From NCBI GenBank assembly GCA_963575745.1, contig CAUYUJ010000003.1:372001-436000 (forward strand): a stretch of DNA of 64,000 bases, in the 5' to 3' direction. This DNA comes from Prorocentrum cordatum. Lineage: Eukaryota. The notes beneath the pieces were generated by a model. It ran no database searches. It was not told the origin of the DNA and saw nothing but the letters and a program-made list of their open reading frames with translations. A program made the position numbers and the translations under genes. Positions 23,371 to 37,960 of this stretch are shown here, in pieces; the first letter of the stretch is position 1; each line of letters starts with the position of its first letter.

Positions 23371-25508
23371 CGCGGCCCAACACGTGCCGAGCCAACACGC
23401 GACGTGTTAGGACGGACGTTCTTACCACGGTACGTGTTGCGTTTCAATACGAGCGTATCGGGGCAGCTAGGACCCTGAGCCTATCCCCCTGTTTCGCTGC
23501 CCACGAAGGAAGCAGCACGGTCATCGTCGCGCGGAAAGCGAGGGGGCGACCTCGGGCAGGCTGGAGCCCAGACGGCACACAAGGGAGAGCCAGAGGGTCC
23601 GAGCGCTCGTCGATGCCGCCACTGCCTTCGAGGCGCCGGCGGGCTTGTCCGAGCTCGACGGCTTCCTTCCTGCCGTGGGTAGGGCGAGAACAGCTACGGA
23701 CCCCGCTCCGTGCACGCGCGCCTGAAGCAGAGGGGGAGGGGCGAGGAGGGGAGGGGCCCAGTCTTTGCTGTCTTTGAAGACGGGGCCCAGTGTAACCAGC
23801 CTCGAACGTGTCCCTGCCCCAGAAGGTGGACGAGTCAGCAGGCGAGGCCAACCTTAGGGACGCGCCCTCGGGAGCTGAGGGACTCCTGAAGGTCGGCATC
23901 GAGATGAGGCGATGCCAATGGTAGGGGTAGCGACATGTCTTCAGCTAGAAGCAGCGCCGCGGCTCCCCCCAAGCCGGGGGGCGGCCTCGGAGGCCCGCCG
24001 GGGAAGCCCGCGGGGGCGCCGCCAAGACGCGCGCTCGAGAGGGGGCGGAGCGGGCTGGGGGCGGACCGCGCCCGCGCCACGGAGGCCAAATCCGCGGGCG
24101 CGCGCCGCGGGCGGGGCCAGGCAGTAGGGGGCAAAAAGAACACCCTCACGAACCAGTCTCGAACCTGTCCTTATCACTAAGGCCGACCTCCAAGGGGCGG
24201 TGACAATCCTAGGGGTGCGCCCTCAAAGACCGAGGGGATCCTTAAGATTGGCGTAAGCTAGCAACTCACAATAAGCCCCCCAACACGCGATACCGTTTGG
24301 CAAACGCGCCCAAGGGAGGGTTCTAACAGGACAGGGCCGTCTAGCAACGGCCAATTATGGAGGTCTGGGTGTTTTTTCCTACTTTGATGCAGTGCGGCCG
24401 CGGCTGCAAGCACCCCTCGCAAGAAGCCCATCTCTGAGGGTCCGCGCGAGAGGTGTAGCAGCTGGGGGGAAAACAGGAGCTTCCTGACTGCGGAAGTGTC
24501 TTAACGCCCGCGGAACGTCACCGCGCAGCGCGCGAAACGAAGAAACCTGATTCACCCTCGCAGGAAGGATCCGGTTTCTCGATGGGAGTCCCCACTCCAC
24601 GAGCGGCAACCAGCAAGTCCAACCGAGGGGGCAACTGATGAAGAAAAGAGGCCTTGAGCAGCGCCGCGTTTTTTTTGTCTGGGCCACTATTTTGCAGTTC
24701 GCGCCCTTCGAGGTTCGACGCGCGATTACCTGCGCGCTCTCGCGGCCCCCTGGAGAGCGACCCTCGGGCCCTGGCTGTGACGCACACAGCCCGACAATCA
24801 TCGCCCCCCCTGCGGGTGATTTGGATTGTCTTCGCCGGCCCTGCTCGGGCGGGGGGTAATGGGGGGTGACCTGAACATGGGGTGGGGAAAGAACCCCGCA
24901 GAGGCCCTTTTCTTCACACCTGATTTAGTCGGCGGCGAGCCCGAGGGGGAAGTGAGAAGGAGCGGGCCTTCACAGAAGGCTCGGAAGTCCCCCAGCCTTC
25001 TGGAAAGTTGTCTGAGCCTTCCCGAAGACTCTGAAGACCTCTGAGGAGGCAAAAGGCCTTCTGGGAAGGCCCCGCCGCCTTCTGAGAAGGCCTTCTCCTT
25101 CTCATTTCCCCCCTCGCTTGCCGCCGAGTTGGGAATGTGATTGCTGCGCCACCGAAATCGCCCAGAACATAATGCGGGACATCAAGAACAACAAACACAG
25201 TTTCCTACATTTGAACTGCGCGAATGCATCGAGCGAAATAGGCACGGCGAAGTGTATGTAGGAGAGCAAGATGTCATCTCCACTCGCCGCCGATTTAGCG
25301 ATTTGGGTCACCCCCTTTACCACCCGCCCGACCTGCACTGTTTTCCACTGTGCGCGCTCCGATGTTCCACCGCCTGCCCCACTACGTTATGTGGGGCTAT
25401 GCTGGCCACCTGCGCGGGCGCCCCCCCAGGGGGGAGGGGGGGCAAGTCGCGCTGGTCCAAGCAGCCCGCGAGGCAAAGGAGTCGCTCTGCGAATCAGCCA
25501 GGGACGGA

Positions 25509-25576
<68 letters not shown>

Positions 25577-25598
25577 CCATCACCATCACCATCACCAT

Positions 25599-25630
<32 letters not shown>

Positions 25631-26012
25631 TCCTCAGCAGCATCATCAGCATCATCATCGTTACCATCATCAGCATCATCATCATCATCATCATCATTAA
25701 CTGCATCGCTCACCACTACCAATATCACTCCCACCCCCATCAGCAACAACAGCATCATCATACCATCATCCTCACCATCACCATCACCATCATCATCATC
25801 ATCATCACCATCATCATAACATGATCATCATCACCATCATTCTCAACAGCACGATCATTACGATGCCCATGCTCATCATCACCATTATCATCATAATGAT
25901 CGTCACCATCATCATCATCATCAACAGCATTAGCAGCATCATCATGATCATCATCATGATCATCACCAGCACCACCAACATCATCACCATCACCATCCAT
26001 CACCAGCACCAC

Positions 26013-26053
<41 letters not shown>

Positions 26054-26063
26054 GCATCATCAT
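25509..26063. repeat. (CAT)n/(CAC)n imperfect microsatellite
   Basis: Seen directly. Confidence 0.97.
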
Positions 26064-26511
26064 AGGCGCGCCCAAGTCAGGAGTACGCGTGTAGACCATC
26101 CTGGGGAACAAGCCAATGCAACGCTAGTCATGAAAACGAATCCACCAAAATATCGGCCCATGCAAGAAAATGATACGTACATGGACACCGGCCCGCTAAA
26201 TCACTCCTACATGTGTTTACATCGACATGCACCTATATACAGATTCCCGCCAACCTCCCCGCTTCCTCATCCTCCTTTGCCTGCTCATCATCTTCACTCT
26301 CCTCCATACTCTTGTCGTCATCGTCTGTCTCCTATGTTTCCTCTTGTCCTCACCTGCTACTCTTGAGTCTTCCAAGCTAGCTCCTGCTAGGGGCAGCTGT
26401 GGCATCAAGTCTGGGAGGAGGTCAACGAATTTGGAGGAGCCCCAACGAAATCCTACGCACGACTCATCACTGCAAGGCAGCCGACAAGAAAAAAAAAAAA
26501 ACACCCGCGTC

Positions 26512-26598
26512 CTCCCGACTCTTGGCTAACTCGTCTTCGAGCTCGGCGACGCGGCCCCTCGCAGTGTCGGACTCGCCCCGGAACTTCGCCACTTGCTC
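26512..26598 (-). CDS. Coiled-coil repeat gene, exon A4 (EQVAKFRGESDTARGRVAELEDELAKSRE)
   Basis: 87 nt, CAG acceptor, GAG|GACGCGGGT donor. Confidence 0.75.
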
Positions 26599-26882
26599 CT
26601 GGCAAACACAAGACGACGTGACAGAGGAACACAGCATAACACAAGTCTTTCAATGCTGATGCTGGTCGAAGATCATGCCTGTATCAACGTCGTGGATGTC
26701 GTTCTACTTCGGGTCATCCTGGCCTTATTCCTGATCCAAAGCATACAAAGCATCCTTGGTAGATCCCCATCACTCTACTCCTCACTGCATCTCCGCCTCC
26801 TCATCCGTTCATTCTCGTCCCCAATGTCTATTGCTTACCTGTCTCCCCCGTTGGGGTCTGCGTCAAACAAAAAGAACGAATC

Positions 26883-26996
26883 CTCCAATGCAGCAGCCTT
26901 AGCCCGTGCCTCCTCGACATCTGCTGAGAGTCGCGAGTGCAGCGATTCCAGCTTCGCACTTTCGGCCTCGTCAGCCTTGGCGGCGGAACTGCAACA
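26883..26996 (-). CDS. Coiled-coil repeat gene, exon B4 (CCSSAAKADEAESAKLESLHSRLSADVEEARAKAAALE)
   Basis: 114 nt, AAG acceptor, GAG|GATTCG donor. Confidence 0.75.
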
Positions 26997-29329
26997 CTTG
27001 TGACGGTAGAACCGTACGGCACGAAATGCACACAACCTGAACGTTAGTTAGTGGGGTACGTACCGATGTAGGTAGACAAGCAAACACATCTACATGCATA
27101 CGTGCATATGTGTACACACACATATAATGCATCGCCGGTGGACCCTAAAAGCAGTGCGATGACGGAGTAAAGGGAGTCGGTGACGGTGATGCCCCGTTTT
27201 TGGGGTGGCGCCCGGGAGGCCCTAACTCAGGGCTCCTGCGAATCCCAAGAACTTGATGACCGCCTGAGCCCAACTCGCATAAATTGTCGGGAGGTTGAGG
27301 AGGGTGCACTTCCGTATTGGCGCACGCAAGCGCCTCCTCAATGGACCGTTATAGCGGTGCGATGGCGGAAAAAAGGGGTGGAGGTGACGGTGGTAGCTCT
27401 TCTTCGGGTGGCGGTTCAGGGGGGCCTGGCTCAGGGCCCCTGCCAATCCCAGGAACGCGATGCCCCCCCATGTGAAGGCTTTGAAACGCCAAGGAGGGGG
27501 GAGGGGCAGACCCAGAGGTGACATAAGGATACCGGGGCCCCCTCTGGACGCTGCGAGCGCTAGGGGCCGTCCACTACGATGGTTTGCGGGCTTGCCACAA
27601 GACCGCATGTGTTAACATACTTATGAGCAAATACATGTACTTGGCGTCTGGTCGCGTCGACATGTAGAAAGTGTGTAGCAAGTAGTTAGCGAGTACTTAG
27701 CAAAGTAAGTTAAGCGGGAGTTAAGTGGCTGCAAGGACTTAGCAAGTACTTAACATAAGCGGTCCGACACATGTGTTGTGACATGTTGTGCTGCATATCG
27801 CTTATCATGAGACAGCTCTGTTATACCGAAAATGCATGTAAGCTGGAAGGGCACACGTGTGTTGCTGGACCATGTTGAACCACATGCCTTCATATATCTA
27901 CCTGCGCACTCGTGTTTTGTCGCGCCTTTCTTGCAGGTCCGAGAACTGGTTTTCTGATGTGGCATCTCACGAGGGCGATCTATATCTATATCTGTATCTA
28001 GATCTATACATGTATGTGTATATATATGTATACATACCAAGACATCTGGTTCAACATGATCCAATTGTTGTTTTGTTTGATCTGCACGACTTCAATGCGA
28101 AAAGAACTGCTACGGTTCCTGCCCAAGTACGCGTTCTCGGCCCACGGGCCCCCATCCTTGTCAATTTCCTATAGTGGGTTTGCTGGGGGGATCCCGGCGG
28201 GGGTTCCTGTGAAGCCTCCTATCGGGATCCCTGCGGGGTTTCTCAGGTTTTCGATGGAGTTCCCTTGTGGTTTTATATGGGGCTTCCGATTGTTATCCCA
28301 TATCTGGCGTTCCATGTTGGGCCCGAAAGTTCCGTATGGGCGCCCCTTTGGGGTAGCCTACGCGTTGTCCTTTCGATGCGTGTCCTGATTTGGCTTCCTG
28401 TCCCATATGTTGGGTCTCCTATGTGGCTTCCGATTGTGTATCCTATGGAATTGGCCACCGTTAAGGGTTAACTTTAGTTTCCAGGCTAACACGGCGACGC
28501 GTCGTTTGTGGGCATTGCAGGGATTGCCTTGCCTCTGGTTCTAGCTTCGCGCCTCCTATCTTGTCATATCTTCGCGCATCTGGCTTAGTACGGCGTTAGC
28601 TTCGCGCCTCGATGTTGTTCTTTGCGCATGTGGAGGATCGGGAAAAGGAATGATGGCGTTTGATGCCGGATGTTCCCTGGGTGCGCCACTTGTTCTAGCC
28701 GCGTCCAGGGGCGGAGCCGCGGCGACCAGCCCTGGCGTATGATACATAAATATATACATATATATATATACATATATATATATGTAGATATACACATATG
28801 TATACATACATATATATATATATATATACATACGCACATAGATAGATAGCCGCAGAACCGCGGCGACCAGCCCTGAAGTGTGACATCTGTATGTAGATAA
28901 TTGTATATTAATGTGTATATATACGCTTTTAGATGAATTGAGTGAATGTACTTGCGTAGCGTACGTGTATTGGTGGTATTACTCAAACAAGATATCTCCA
29001 CGCTCCGCGTATCGCCACCAGCGTCTCGCTTCGCTTGCCTTTCTTTTCCTGCTATCTAGTCGCGGCCCGACTAGTGTTCGGACGGCTTTCGACCCGCCTC
29101 GCGAGCCTGTTGACCAAAAAGTATCCCCACCAGCCCATTCAGAAACCCTGTCCATGAGAGCTGGTGCGAAATGGAAAAAACGCGAAACATACAGTGAACC
29201 AGAGCAGGCAACTAGAGGTGGTGCTGCTGGCGGCGCTGCTAGTAGTGCTGGTGCTGCTGGAGCTGCTGCTGCTGGCGCCGCTGCTGTTGGTGCCCCCTCG
29301 GAGTCCTCATGGGGTATGCTTGGAACTCT

Positions 29330-29845
29330 GTTGCCAGGTCTTGGGTCTTGGGGCCCTCTTTGAAGCCTCTGGGGGCCCCAGGCCTCTTGGGGCCATCTTG
29401 GGGAGCATCAACCAAAAGGAGGGAGGGCCCCAAGTCGGCCCAGAGGGGCCTCCAAGACGGCTTCCGACTGCGTCAGACGGGCCAGGAATGCCCCAAGACT
29501 GCCAACAAGACCCCCCGATATGCCCCCAAAGGCACTCAAGAGGCCCAAGGAAGCTCCCAACATGCCTCCAAAAAGCTCCCAGGAGGCTCCCAGGATGCCC
29601 CAAGACTGCTCCCAGACGCTCCCAAGATGCACCCTTTTCCTCCTCTTCCTCTTCCTCCTCTTCCTCCTCCTCCTCCCGATCTTCCCCGCAATCCTCCCCC
29701 CAAATGCTCCACGAAAGGTTTCTATAACGGTTGGGGGGGGGGCACATGGCCCGATTGTTTGGCAGAGCTCTTGCAGCAACGCTCGGACACATGGGCGATT
29801 CCAAAAGGCAAGGGGCGGCGGTGATTTACCGTAGGCGTCTTCTAT
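29330..29845. repeat. CCCAAGA-family interspersed repeat with terminal motif
   Basis: Motif composition as at 860-1380; terminal motif at 29812-29845. Confidence 0.55.
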
Positions 29846-29863
29846 ATATAGATATGTACACGT

Positions 29864-30155
29864 GTATGTATGTATGTATGTATGTATGTATGTATGTATG
29901 TATGTCTGTATGTCTGTATGTCTGTATGTATGTCTGTATGTCTGTATGTCTGTATGTCTGTATGTCTGTATGTCTGTATGTATGTATGTATGTCTGTATG
30001 TTTGTATGTATGCATGTATGTATGTATTTAGGTATGTATGTACGTATATGTGTGTATGTGTGGTTGTATGTATGTATGTATGTATGTATGCGTGTATGTA
30101 TGTGTGTATGTATGTGAGTACATATGTATATGTATGTATGTATGTATGTATGTAT
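29864..30155. repeat. (TATG)n/(TATGTCTG)n microsatellite
   Basis: Seen directly. Confidence 0.97.
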
Positions 30156-30279
30156 GGGTATACTTCTATGTTTACATTTATGTTTATATAATTTATACCA
30201 TGCTATACTATAGTATACCATGGTGTAACATATTATCATCAACCATACCTACATGCGTATGACTACTAAACAAGAAACG

Positions 30280-31403
30280 AGGCGGAGGGGGCGCGCTAGC
30301 TGGCTGGCGGGCGGGGTGATGCGGAGGGGGCGTGCGGGATGTGGGGAAGCGGCGCCGTGCCCAAATAAAAGGGTCGGGGCTGAAGGGGCGGTGCCGTGCC
30401 GAAATACAGGTGTCGGGGCGGAGGGGGCGCGTTTGCTGGTGGGTGGGGGGATGCGGAGGGGGCGCGTGCGGAGTGGCGCGTTGGCTGGTCGGTGGGGGAT
30501 GCGGCAATAAAAGGGGTCGGGGCGGACTCTGGCTGGCTGGCGGGGGGATGTGGAGGGGGCGCGTGGGATGGGGGGCGGTGCCGTGCCGAAATACAAGAGT
30601 CGGGGCGGAGGGGGCGCGCTGGCTGGTGGATGGGGCGATGGAGGTTGCGCTCGCGATGGGGGGGCGGCGCCGTGCCGAAATTAATGGGTCGCGGCGGAGG
30701 GGGCGCGCTGGCTGGTGGGTGGGGCGATGCAGAGGGGACGCTCGGGATGGCAGGGGTAATGGCATGCCGAAAGGTCGGGGCGGAGGGGGCGAACTTGATG
30801 GTGGGTGGGGGGATGCGGAGAGGGCGTGCGGGATGGGGAGTGCGGTGCCATGCCGAAGTAACAACTTCGGGGCGGAGGGGGCGCACTGGCTGGTGGGCGG
30901 GGTGATGCGGAGGTGGCGCGCGGGATTAAAGGGGGGGCGGTGCCGTGCCGAAATAAAGGGGTCGGAGCGGAGGGGGCGCGCTGGCTGGTGGGCGGAGGGA
31001 TGCGGATGAAGCGCGCGGGGTGGGAGGGGGGCGGTACCGTGCCGAAATAAAAAAGGGTCGGGGCGGAGGGGGCGCGCTGGCTGGTTAGTGGGGTGATACC
31101 AATGGGGGCGCTCGGGATGGGGGGGCGCTGCCGCGCCGAAAGAAACAAGTCGGGACGGAGGGGGCGCGCTGTCCAGTGGGTGGGCTGACGCGGAGAGGGC
31201 GCGCGGGATGGGGTGGAGGGGTGGAGGGGGCGCGCTGGTTGGCGTGTGAAGTGATGCGGAGGGGGCGTGCGGGATAGGAGGAGGAAAGGGGTGGTGGTGG
31301 TGCCGTGTCGAAATAAAAAATGGGGGCGGAGGGGGCGCGCTGGCTGGTGGGCGGGGTGGGTGGGGTGATGCGGAGGTGGCGCGCGGGATGGGGGGGCGGC
31401 GCA
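30280..31403. repeat. G-rich minisatellite, ~85-90-bp unit, about 12 copies
   Basis: Recurrent GGCGGAGGGGGCGCGCTGGCTGG...GATGCGGAG...GGGATGGGGGG...GCCGTGCCGAAA. Confidence 0.9.
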
Positions 31404-31659
31404 TGTCAACCTCAAGGTCGGCGGCACCGGCCGTAAGGCCTTCGCAATGAAGTGGTCGGAGCTCGAGACAACCCTGTGCAACAACAACAAAAAGATGTAG
31501 TACATTATATGCCACGAGCGCACAAAAGTGGAAACCCAACAACAAGGATGTGGCACACCTTGCCCAGTCAGTAGATAAAGCTCTCTGTTATATATATATA
31601 TACACCTATACGACCACCCTTCGGGTGATAAGGAGGTTCGGGGGGGGAGGAACCAACGT

Positions 31660-32370
<711 letters not shown>

Positions 32371-32503
32371 CAGGAGACTTTCTTCTCGCCCGCCCACGCA
32401 GCTTCGCCTCGCGCGCACGCACGGCACGCACGAACACGAAACCGAAATCGATTTCCCGGTAGGGGGGCTCTCCGTTCCACTTCGATATCACCCCCATCAC
32501 CTC

Positions 32504-32540
<37 letters not shown>

Positions 32541-33124
32541 TACACATATACATACACACACACACTAGAACCATCGCGCGCGCTTCGCGCGTGCTCAAGT
32601 TCTAGCTAGGCTTGGTGGGTGAAATCATAGAATATCATGTTTGTCGCTTCTTGCCACCAGGGATTCTCTTAGAGGCCCTGCGCATCCCCCTTGGGTATTC
32701 AACGATTTGGGGCCCTCAAAGGCTTCCTGGTTTCTTTTCTGGGAGCTGAGAGGGAGCCTTGATTGTGGTCTGTTGTGCAAGAGTAGACAGGGGGGCTGTG
32801 GGTCAGAAACTTTCTGGACGCAGGCCACGGTATGTTGGGATGCCTCTCGGGGTCTTCGTGGAAAAACAAGCAGGGGGCGAATTCGAAATAAATGTTTTTT
32901 GTGTAAAAAAACATGTTCGTTCAACGCATGGGATCCTGGGATCTCGATATCAGCGGTGGTTTCAGGGGCAGCCAAAAGAACGCGAAGACGATCCAAGAGA
33001 GTGCCAAGACAGCGTCAGAGAGTTCAACCATATTCCAGACAAATCTTTGCATGTGACCCCGAAGTTTTGATGGGGATCGAGGAAGAAGATGGGGAATAAG
33101 AGTCCCAGCTTGAAAAAAAAAATC

Positions 33125-34275
33125 CGGAGGCCCGTCGGAGGTCTCTGGAGGCCTCCTGCTCCCGCTCTTGGGCCCATCTAGGGTCTGTTCTGAAAGGTCT
33201 GGGGCTGACCTGGGCGCCTCTTCGGCAGTCTTGGGGCCTTCTTGGCCCGTTTTGGGGCCGTTTTGGGAGCCTCTTCAGTGGTCTTGGGGCGGTCTGGGGG
33301 GCCTCTTCGGCCGTGCTGGAGCGTTGGAAGCATGAAGTGGTGAGAAGGCCAAAACCTTCGAACAAAAACGATGAACATTTACGATTTTAGGTTCTCCAGG
33401 CGCTCTCGGGAGGCCTCCTGGAGCTCTCGTGAGGTCTCATGGAGGCCTCCTGGGAGCCTGGAGAGCCGCCCGAAAGCTATCTTGGGATGCTTGGGAGCGT
33501 CTCGTGCCTTCCGTTTACGTTCTGCAATTGTTTGGGATCGTCTTGGGCTGTCCTCAGGCGTTTTGGGGGTCGCCAGGGGCCGGATCGCGCGGTAATGGGA
33601 GCGTTCCGCAGATGTTCCCGCGAGGTGTGGGGTTCCCTGGAGGGGGGGGGGGCGTCGTTGTTGAACGTTTAAAAAGGGTATTTTTGGACTTACATGTTGT
33701 TTCAAGTTCCTCGGTCTTGGAGCGTTGGAAGCAGGAAAACGTGAGAAGGCGAATGACGTAGAAAAAGCATTGAGCATCAACGATTTTACCCTCTCCGGGC
33801 TCTCTCGGGACGGCTTTCGAAGCTCTCATGGGCTGTTTTGGGGGCCTCGTCGGAGTTTTTTGTTGGGCCTCTCCAAAGGTCTGGGGTGTGTTGGGGGCCA
33901 CTGGGAGGTTCCGGAGTCCTCTCGGAAGTCTCTGGAGGAGGGCTCCCGCTCTTGGGCGCATCTTGAGCCGGTTCTGGGATGGCCTTGGGCGCCTCTTCGG
34001 CAGTCTTGGGGCCTTCTTGGCCCGTCTTGGGGCCGTTTTGGGAGCCTCTTCAGCGGTCTTGGGGCGGTCTGGGGGGCCTCTTCGGCCGTGTTGGAGCGCT
34101 GGAAGCATCGAATGGTGGGAAGGCCAAAACCTTCGAACAAAAACAACGAAAATTTACGATTTTAGGTTCTCCAGGCGCTCTCAGGAGGCCTCCCGGTGCT
34201 CTCTTGAGGTCTCTTGGAGGCCTCCTGGAGCCTGGAGAGCCGCCCGAAAGCTATCTTGGGATGGTCGGGAGCGTT
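33125..34275. repeat. Two ~360-bp direct copies (about 33125-33500 and 33910-34275) of a CCCAAGA-family element in inverted orientation
   Basis: Near-identical blocks, for example GGGCGCCTCTTCGGCAGTCTTGGGGCCTTCTTGGCCCGT and GAAGGCCAAAACCTTCGAACAAAAAC. Confidence 0.9.
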
Positions 34276-34434
34276 TTGGGCAGTTCTTTTACGTTCTGGG
34301 GCCTTCCTGGGGTCTTCTCGTGCTGTCCGTGGGCGTTTTGGGGGCCCCCCGAGAGGCCGGGGACGCGGTGCCGCCCCGGGAGGGGGCCTGGCCTATTTGC
34401 TTATATGATATTTGCACACACACACACACACACG

Positions 34435-34494
<60 letters not shown>

Positions 34495-35295
34495 CATATT
34501 TACACACACATTGTTCCCCTCCCCCATCGTCAACGCTCTCCTGCTCTCGATCCTTCAAGTGTTTTTCAAGTGGGGCTAGGGCCCCTTGCCCAGACCAGCT
34601 CGCATTGAAACCGAGACGTGCTACACATAGCGCCACGCGTTGAAAGCAGCAGCAAGGGCAGGGAGCGGGAAGCAGGCAGCAGAGGGGAACGAGAAAGAGC
34701 AGAGAGCAACCCGGAGAGAGGCAGGAGAGCGAGCGAGAGAGGAGGCAGCAAAGCAGAAGGACGGAGACCACGGCAAGCAGCAAGCAGAGCGCAGCAGCAG
34801 GGAAGACGGGAGGCCAAGGAACTGAAGGCCAGGTGAAACCCAAGGGGTATTAGGAAGCGCGGAACCTCTGCCCCGCGGGAGAACCAGGCCAGATCCACTG
34901 TAAGTGAGCCCGTGCATCCAGGCAGCGAGGAAGGGGGCGGAGGAAGACAGAGAAAGGAGCACGAATAGATATCAGTAGGGTCGGGCACGGCTGGGCGCGC
35001 ACACCTGTGATGCGGGTGGCCTTGAAACAAATACACTGGACACGAAAAAGAAAGAACACCAAGGGGGGCGAAGAGCGCCGGCCACCCCAAGAGCTACACG
35101 CCCGGCCCCGAAGTACGTGCACGAGGGGCGATAGAGAAAAGAGGAAGAGGGAGAGGGGGAGCAGAGCATACACGAAGACGCGCTCAGAACATGTTGTGGT
35201 GTGGTCTGGTAACCGAGCCGCTTTTCGTACACGCGGTGGCCGTCGTAAGCCTGGAACTGGTCGTCGTCGTGTTCGTGCCCCTCAGCCTCGCTGAT

Positions 35296-36272
35296 GTCAC
35301 GGACTCGGTGTGCGGCGCTGCTCGGCGTTGGTGCTGTCGTAGGCGCCGGCGTTGGTGCTGGCGCCGTGGCTGACGTCGCCGCTGGTGTAAGCGCTGGAAT
35401 TGGTGCTGGCGTAGGCTCAGACGTTGATGCTGGCATTGACGCTGATTTCTGTGATGGCGTCGGCGCTGGTGAAAGCGCAAGCGTTGAGGCTGGCGCCAGT
35501 GCGCACCGGTTAGCTGGTCAGCTCACTGGTGCGCTGGCCTTGGTGCCGACGTGGACGTAAGCGTTGGTGCTGGCGTATACTGACGTCGGCGCTGGTGTGC
35601 TGGCGTTGGTCGCAGTGTAGCCGTAGGCGTCGGTGCTGTCGTAAGCGCTGGCGTTGGTGCAGGCGTAGGCGCAAACGTAGATGTCACGGACTCGGTGCGC
35701 GGCGCTGCTCGGCGTTGGTGCTGTCATTGGCGCCGGCGTTGGTGCTGTTGCAAGGGCTGACTTCGCCGCTGGTGTAGGCGCTGGCGTTGGTGCCGGCGTA
35801 GGCGCAGGCGTTGATGCTGGCATTGATGCTGACGTCTGTGATGGCGTCGGCGCTGGCGAAAGCGCAAGCGTTGAGGCTTGCGCCAGCGCGCACCGGTTAG
35901 CTGGTCAGCTCACCGGTGCGCTGGCCTTGGTGCCGACGTGGACGTAAGCGTTGGTGCTGGCGTATACTGACGTCGGCGTTGGTGTAGGCGCTGGCGTTGG
36001 TCGCAGTGTAGTCGTAGGCGTCTGTGTTGTTGCAGGCGCTGGTGTTGGTGCAGGCGTAGGCGCAAACGTTGACGTCGTCAAGTTGACGTCACGGACTCGG
36101 TGCGCGGCGCTGCTCGGCGTCGGTGCTGTCGTAGGCGCCGGCGCTGGTGCTGTTGCCAGGGCTGACGTCGCCGCTGGTGTAGGCGCTGGCGTTGGTGCCA
36201 GCGTAAGCGCAAACGTTGATGCTAGCATTGATGCTGACGTCTGTGATGGCGTCGGCGCTGACGGAGGCGCCA
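35296..36272 (-). repeat. ~390-405-bp tandem triplication encoding Thr-Pro-Ala (TPAP) mucin-like repeats; probable gene fragment
   Basis: The anchor GTCACGGACTCGGTG.GCGGCGCTGCTCGGCGT occurs at about 35296, 35683 and 36088. The minus frame reads APTPAPTPA and is interrupted by TGA. Confidence 0.75.
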
Positions 36273-36744
36273 GCGTATATATTTATATGTATATACAAAT
36301 ATATACACATGAGTGCACATGACAATAATATGCGCGTCGCCAGCAACAACAATAGCATACTTGTAATCAGCCACAGCCGTCTCCCTCTAATTGGACCCCC
36401 TCTCTGTCACAAAATGTTTCACAAATCCCCATATCCTAAGACGGGGTTCTTGTTACGTTGTCTTTTCCCCTTCCTCACTCTCATATCACTCAGACACTTA
36501 TACTCAGATCACCCACGCCCATCACGTGGTCCATCCCAGACCGTCTCTTCTTCACTGGGCCCATCACCTAACCATTCTTCCCCACGCAGACTCAGCCACA
36601 TCACCTCCTCACCCAGACTCGCTCGGGCTCAAACTCACTCATACCCCGTCGCGTCACTTCCTAACTCAAACTCACTCAGACACAGAATCATTCAGTCATT
36701 CCTTCATTCACACACACACACACACACGCGCGCAGATCGTCAGG

Positions 36745-37960
36745 ATCTCTCAGGCGAGGCGTTGGTTTCAGTACTCCCAAGAGGGGTGGGTGGGCGGGGG
36801 GGGGGGGGGCAGGGGCGGGGACACTCCAAAACTCGCGCCCACATTGTGGGGATGTCTCACGCAGTTTGCCTGTTCCTGTCCCCCCAGCATCCTTTGCTGT
36901 GAAACAGAATGCAATGATGCCTCAGGCGAGGCGCTGGCTTCAGCACTCCCAGGGGGATGTGGTGCGGCAGGGGTTGGGATACTCCGAAGCTCGCGCCCAA
37001 ATTGTGGGCATGTCTCAGGCGGTTTGCCCGCTTCTGCCCCCAACATCCTCTGCTCTCGGAACAGATTGGGGATGTCTCGTGCGAGGCGTTAGTTTCAGCA
37101 CTCCCATTGTAGGGGGGTGCGCCAGGAGTGGAGACACTCCAAAACTCAAGCCCAGATTGTGAGGATGTCGTAAGCGGTTTGCCCGTTTCTGCCCCCAAAA
37201 TCCTTTGCTCTCGGAGCACACACACACACACACTATGGGGCTGTATCGAAGCGCTGGCTTCAGCACTCACAAGGGGGGGGGGACGAATGGCGCCAGGCGG
37301 GGGGGGACCCTCCGAAACTTACGCCCAATGAGTGGTGACATCTCAAACGGTTTGCCTGTTTCTGCCCCCCCCCCCACATCCTTTGCTGTCTGAGCAGGTT
37401 GTGGGGATGTCCCAAACAAAGGACCAGCTTCAGCTCTCTCCAGGCTGGAGCCAACAGGGTGGGGGACACCGCAAAACTCGCGCCCAGACCGCGGGGATGT
37501 CTCGGGCGGTTTGTTCGTTTCTGCATCCCTACCATCCTTTGATGTTGGGGAGATTGTGCAAAAAATCAGAAAGAAGCGCTGTTTTCGGCACTTCCACTGG
37601 TGAGCCGTCATGCGCATACCTCACGGGCCCGTTCACGTTCAGGTTGTGGTGGTGTCTCAGGCGGTTTGCTTCTTTCGGCCTCATGAACTTTCTGTTGGTG
37701 ATCCAATGCGCACCGTGATATAGCAGGTGTGGCATTTGGGCACCCCAAGGGGGGCCGCCAAGGGTCAGGGCACTCCAAGATTCGCGCCGATATTGTGAGG
37801 ATGTCTCAGACGGTTTACCTGGTTCGCCCCCCCAGGCTATTTCCTTTTGGTGGTCCAAACTGCCTGCGATTTTGCAGGTGTGGCATTTGGGCAACCCACC
37901 GGGGAGCCGCCAGGGGTGGGGGCACGTTATTGTTCGCGCACTGGTTGTGAGGATGTCTCT
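36745..37960. repeat. Degenerate ~160-bp tandem repeat, about 7 copies
   Basis: GCGAGGCG.TGG.TTCAGCACTCCC...ACACTCC.AAACTCGCGCCC..ATTGTG.GGATGTCTC...CGGTTTGCC recurs. Confidence 0.85.

Noticed and set aside
25271..26366. Poly-His/Ile/Ser/Asp/Met ORFs
   Set aside because: Translations of the (CAT)n microsatellite.
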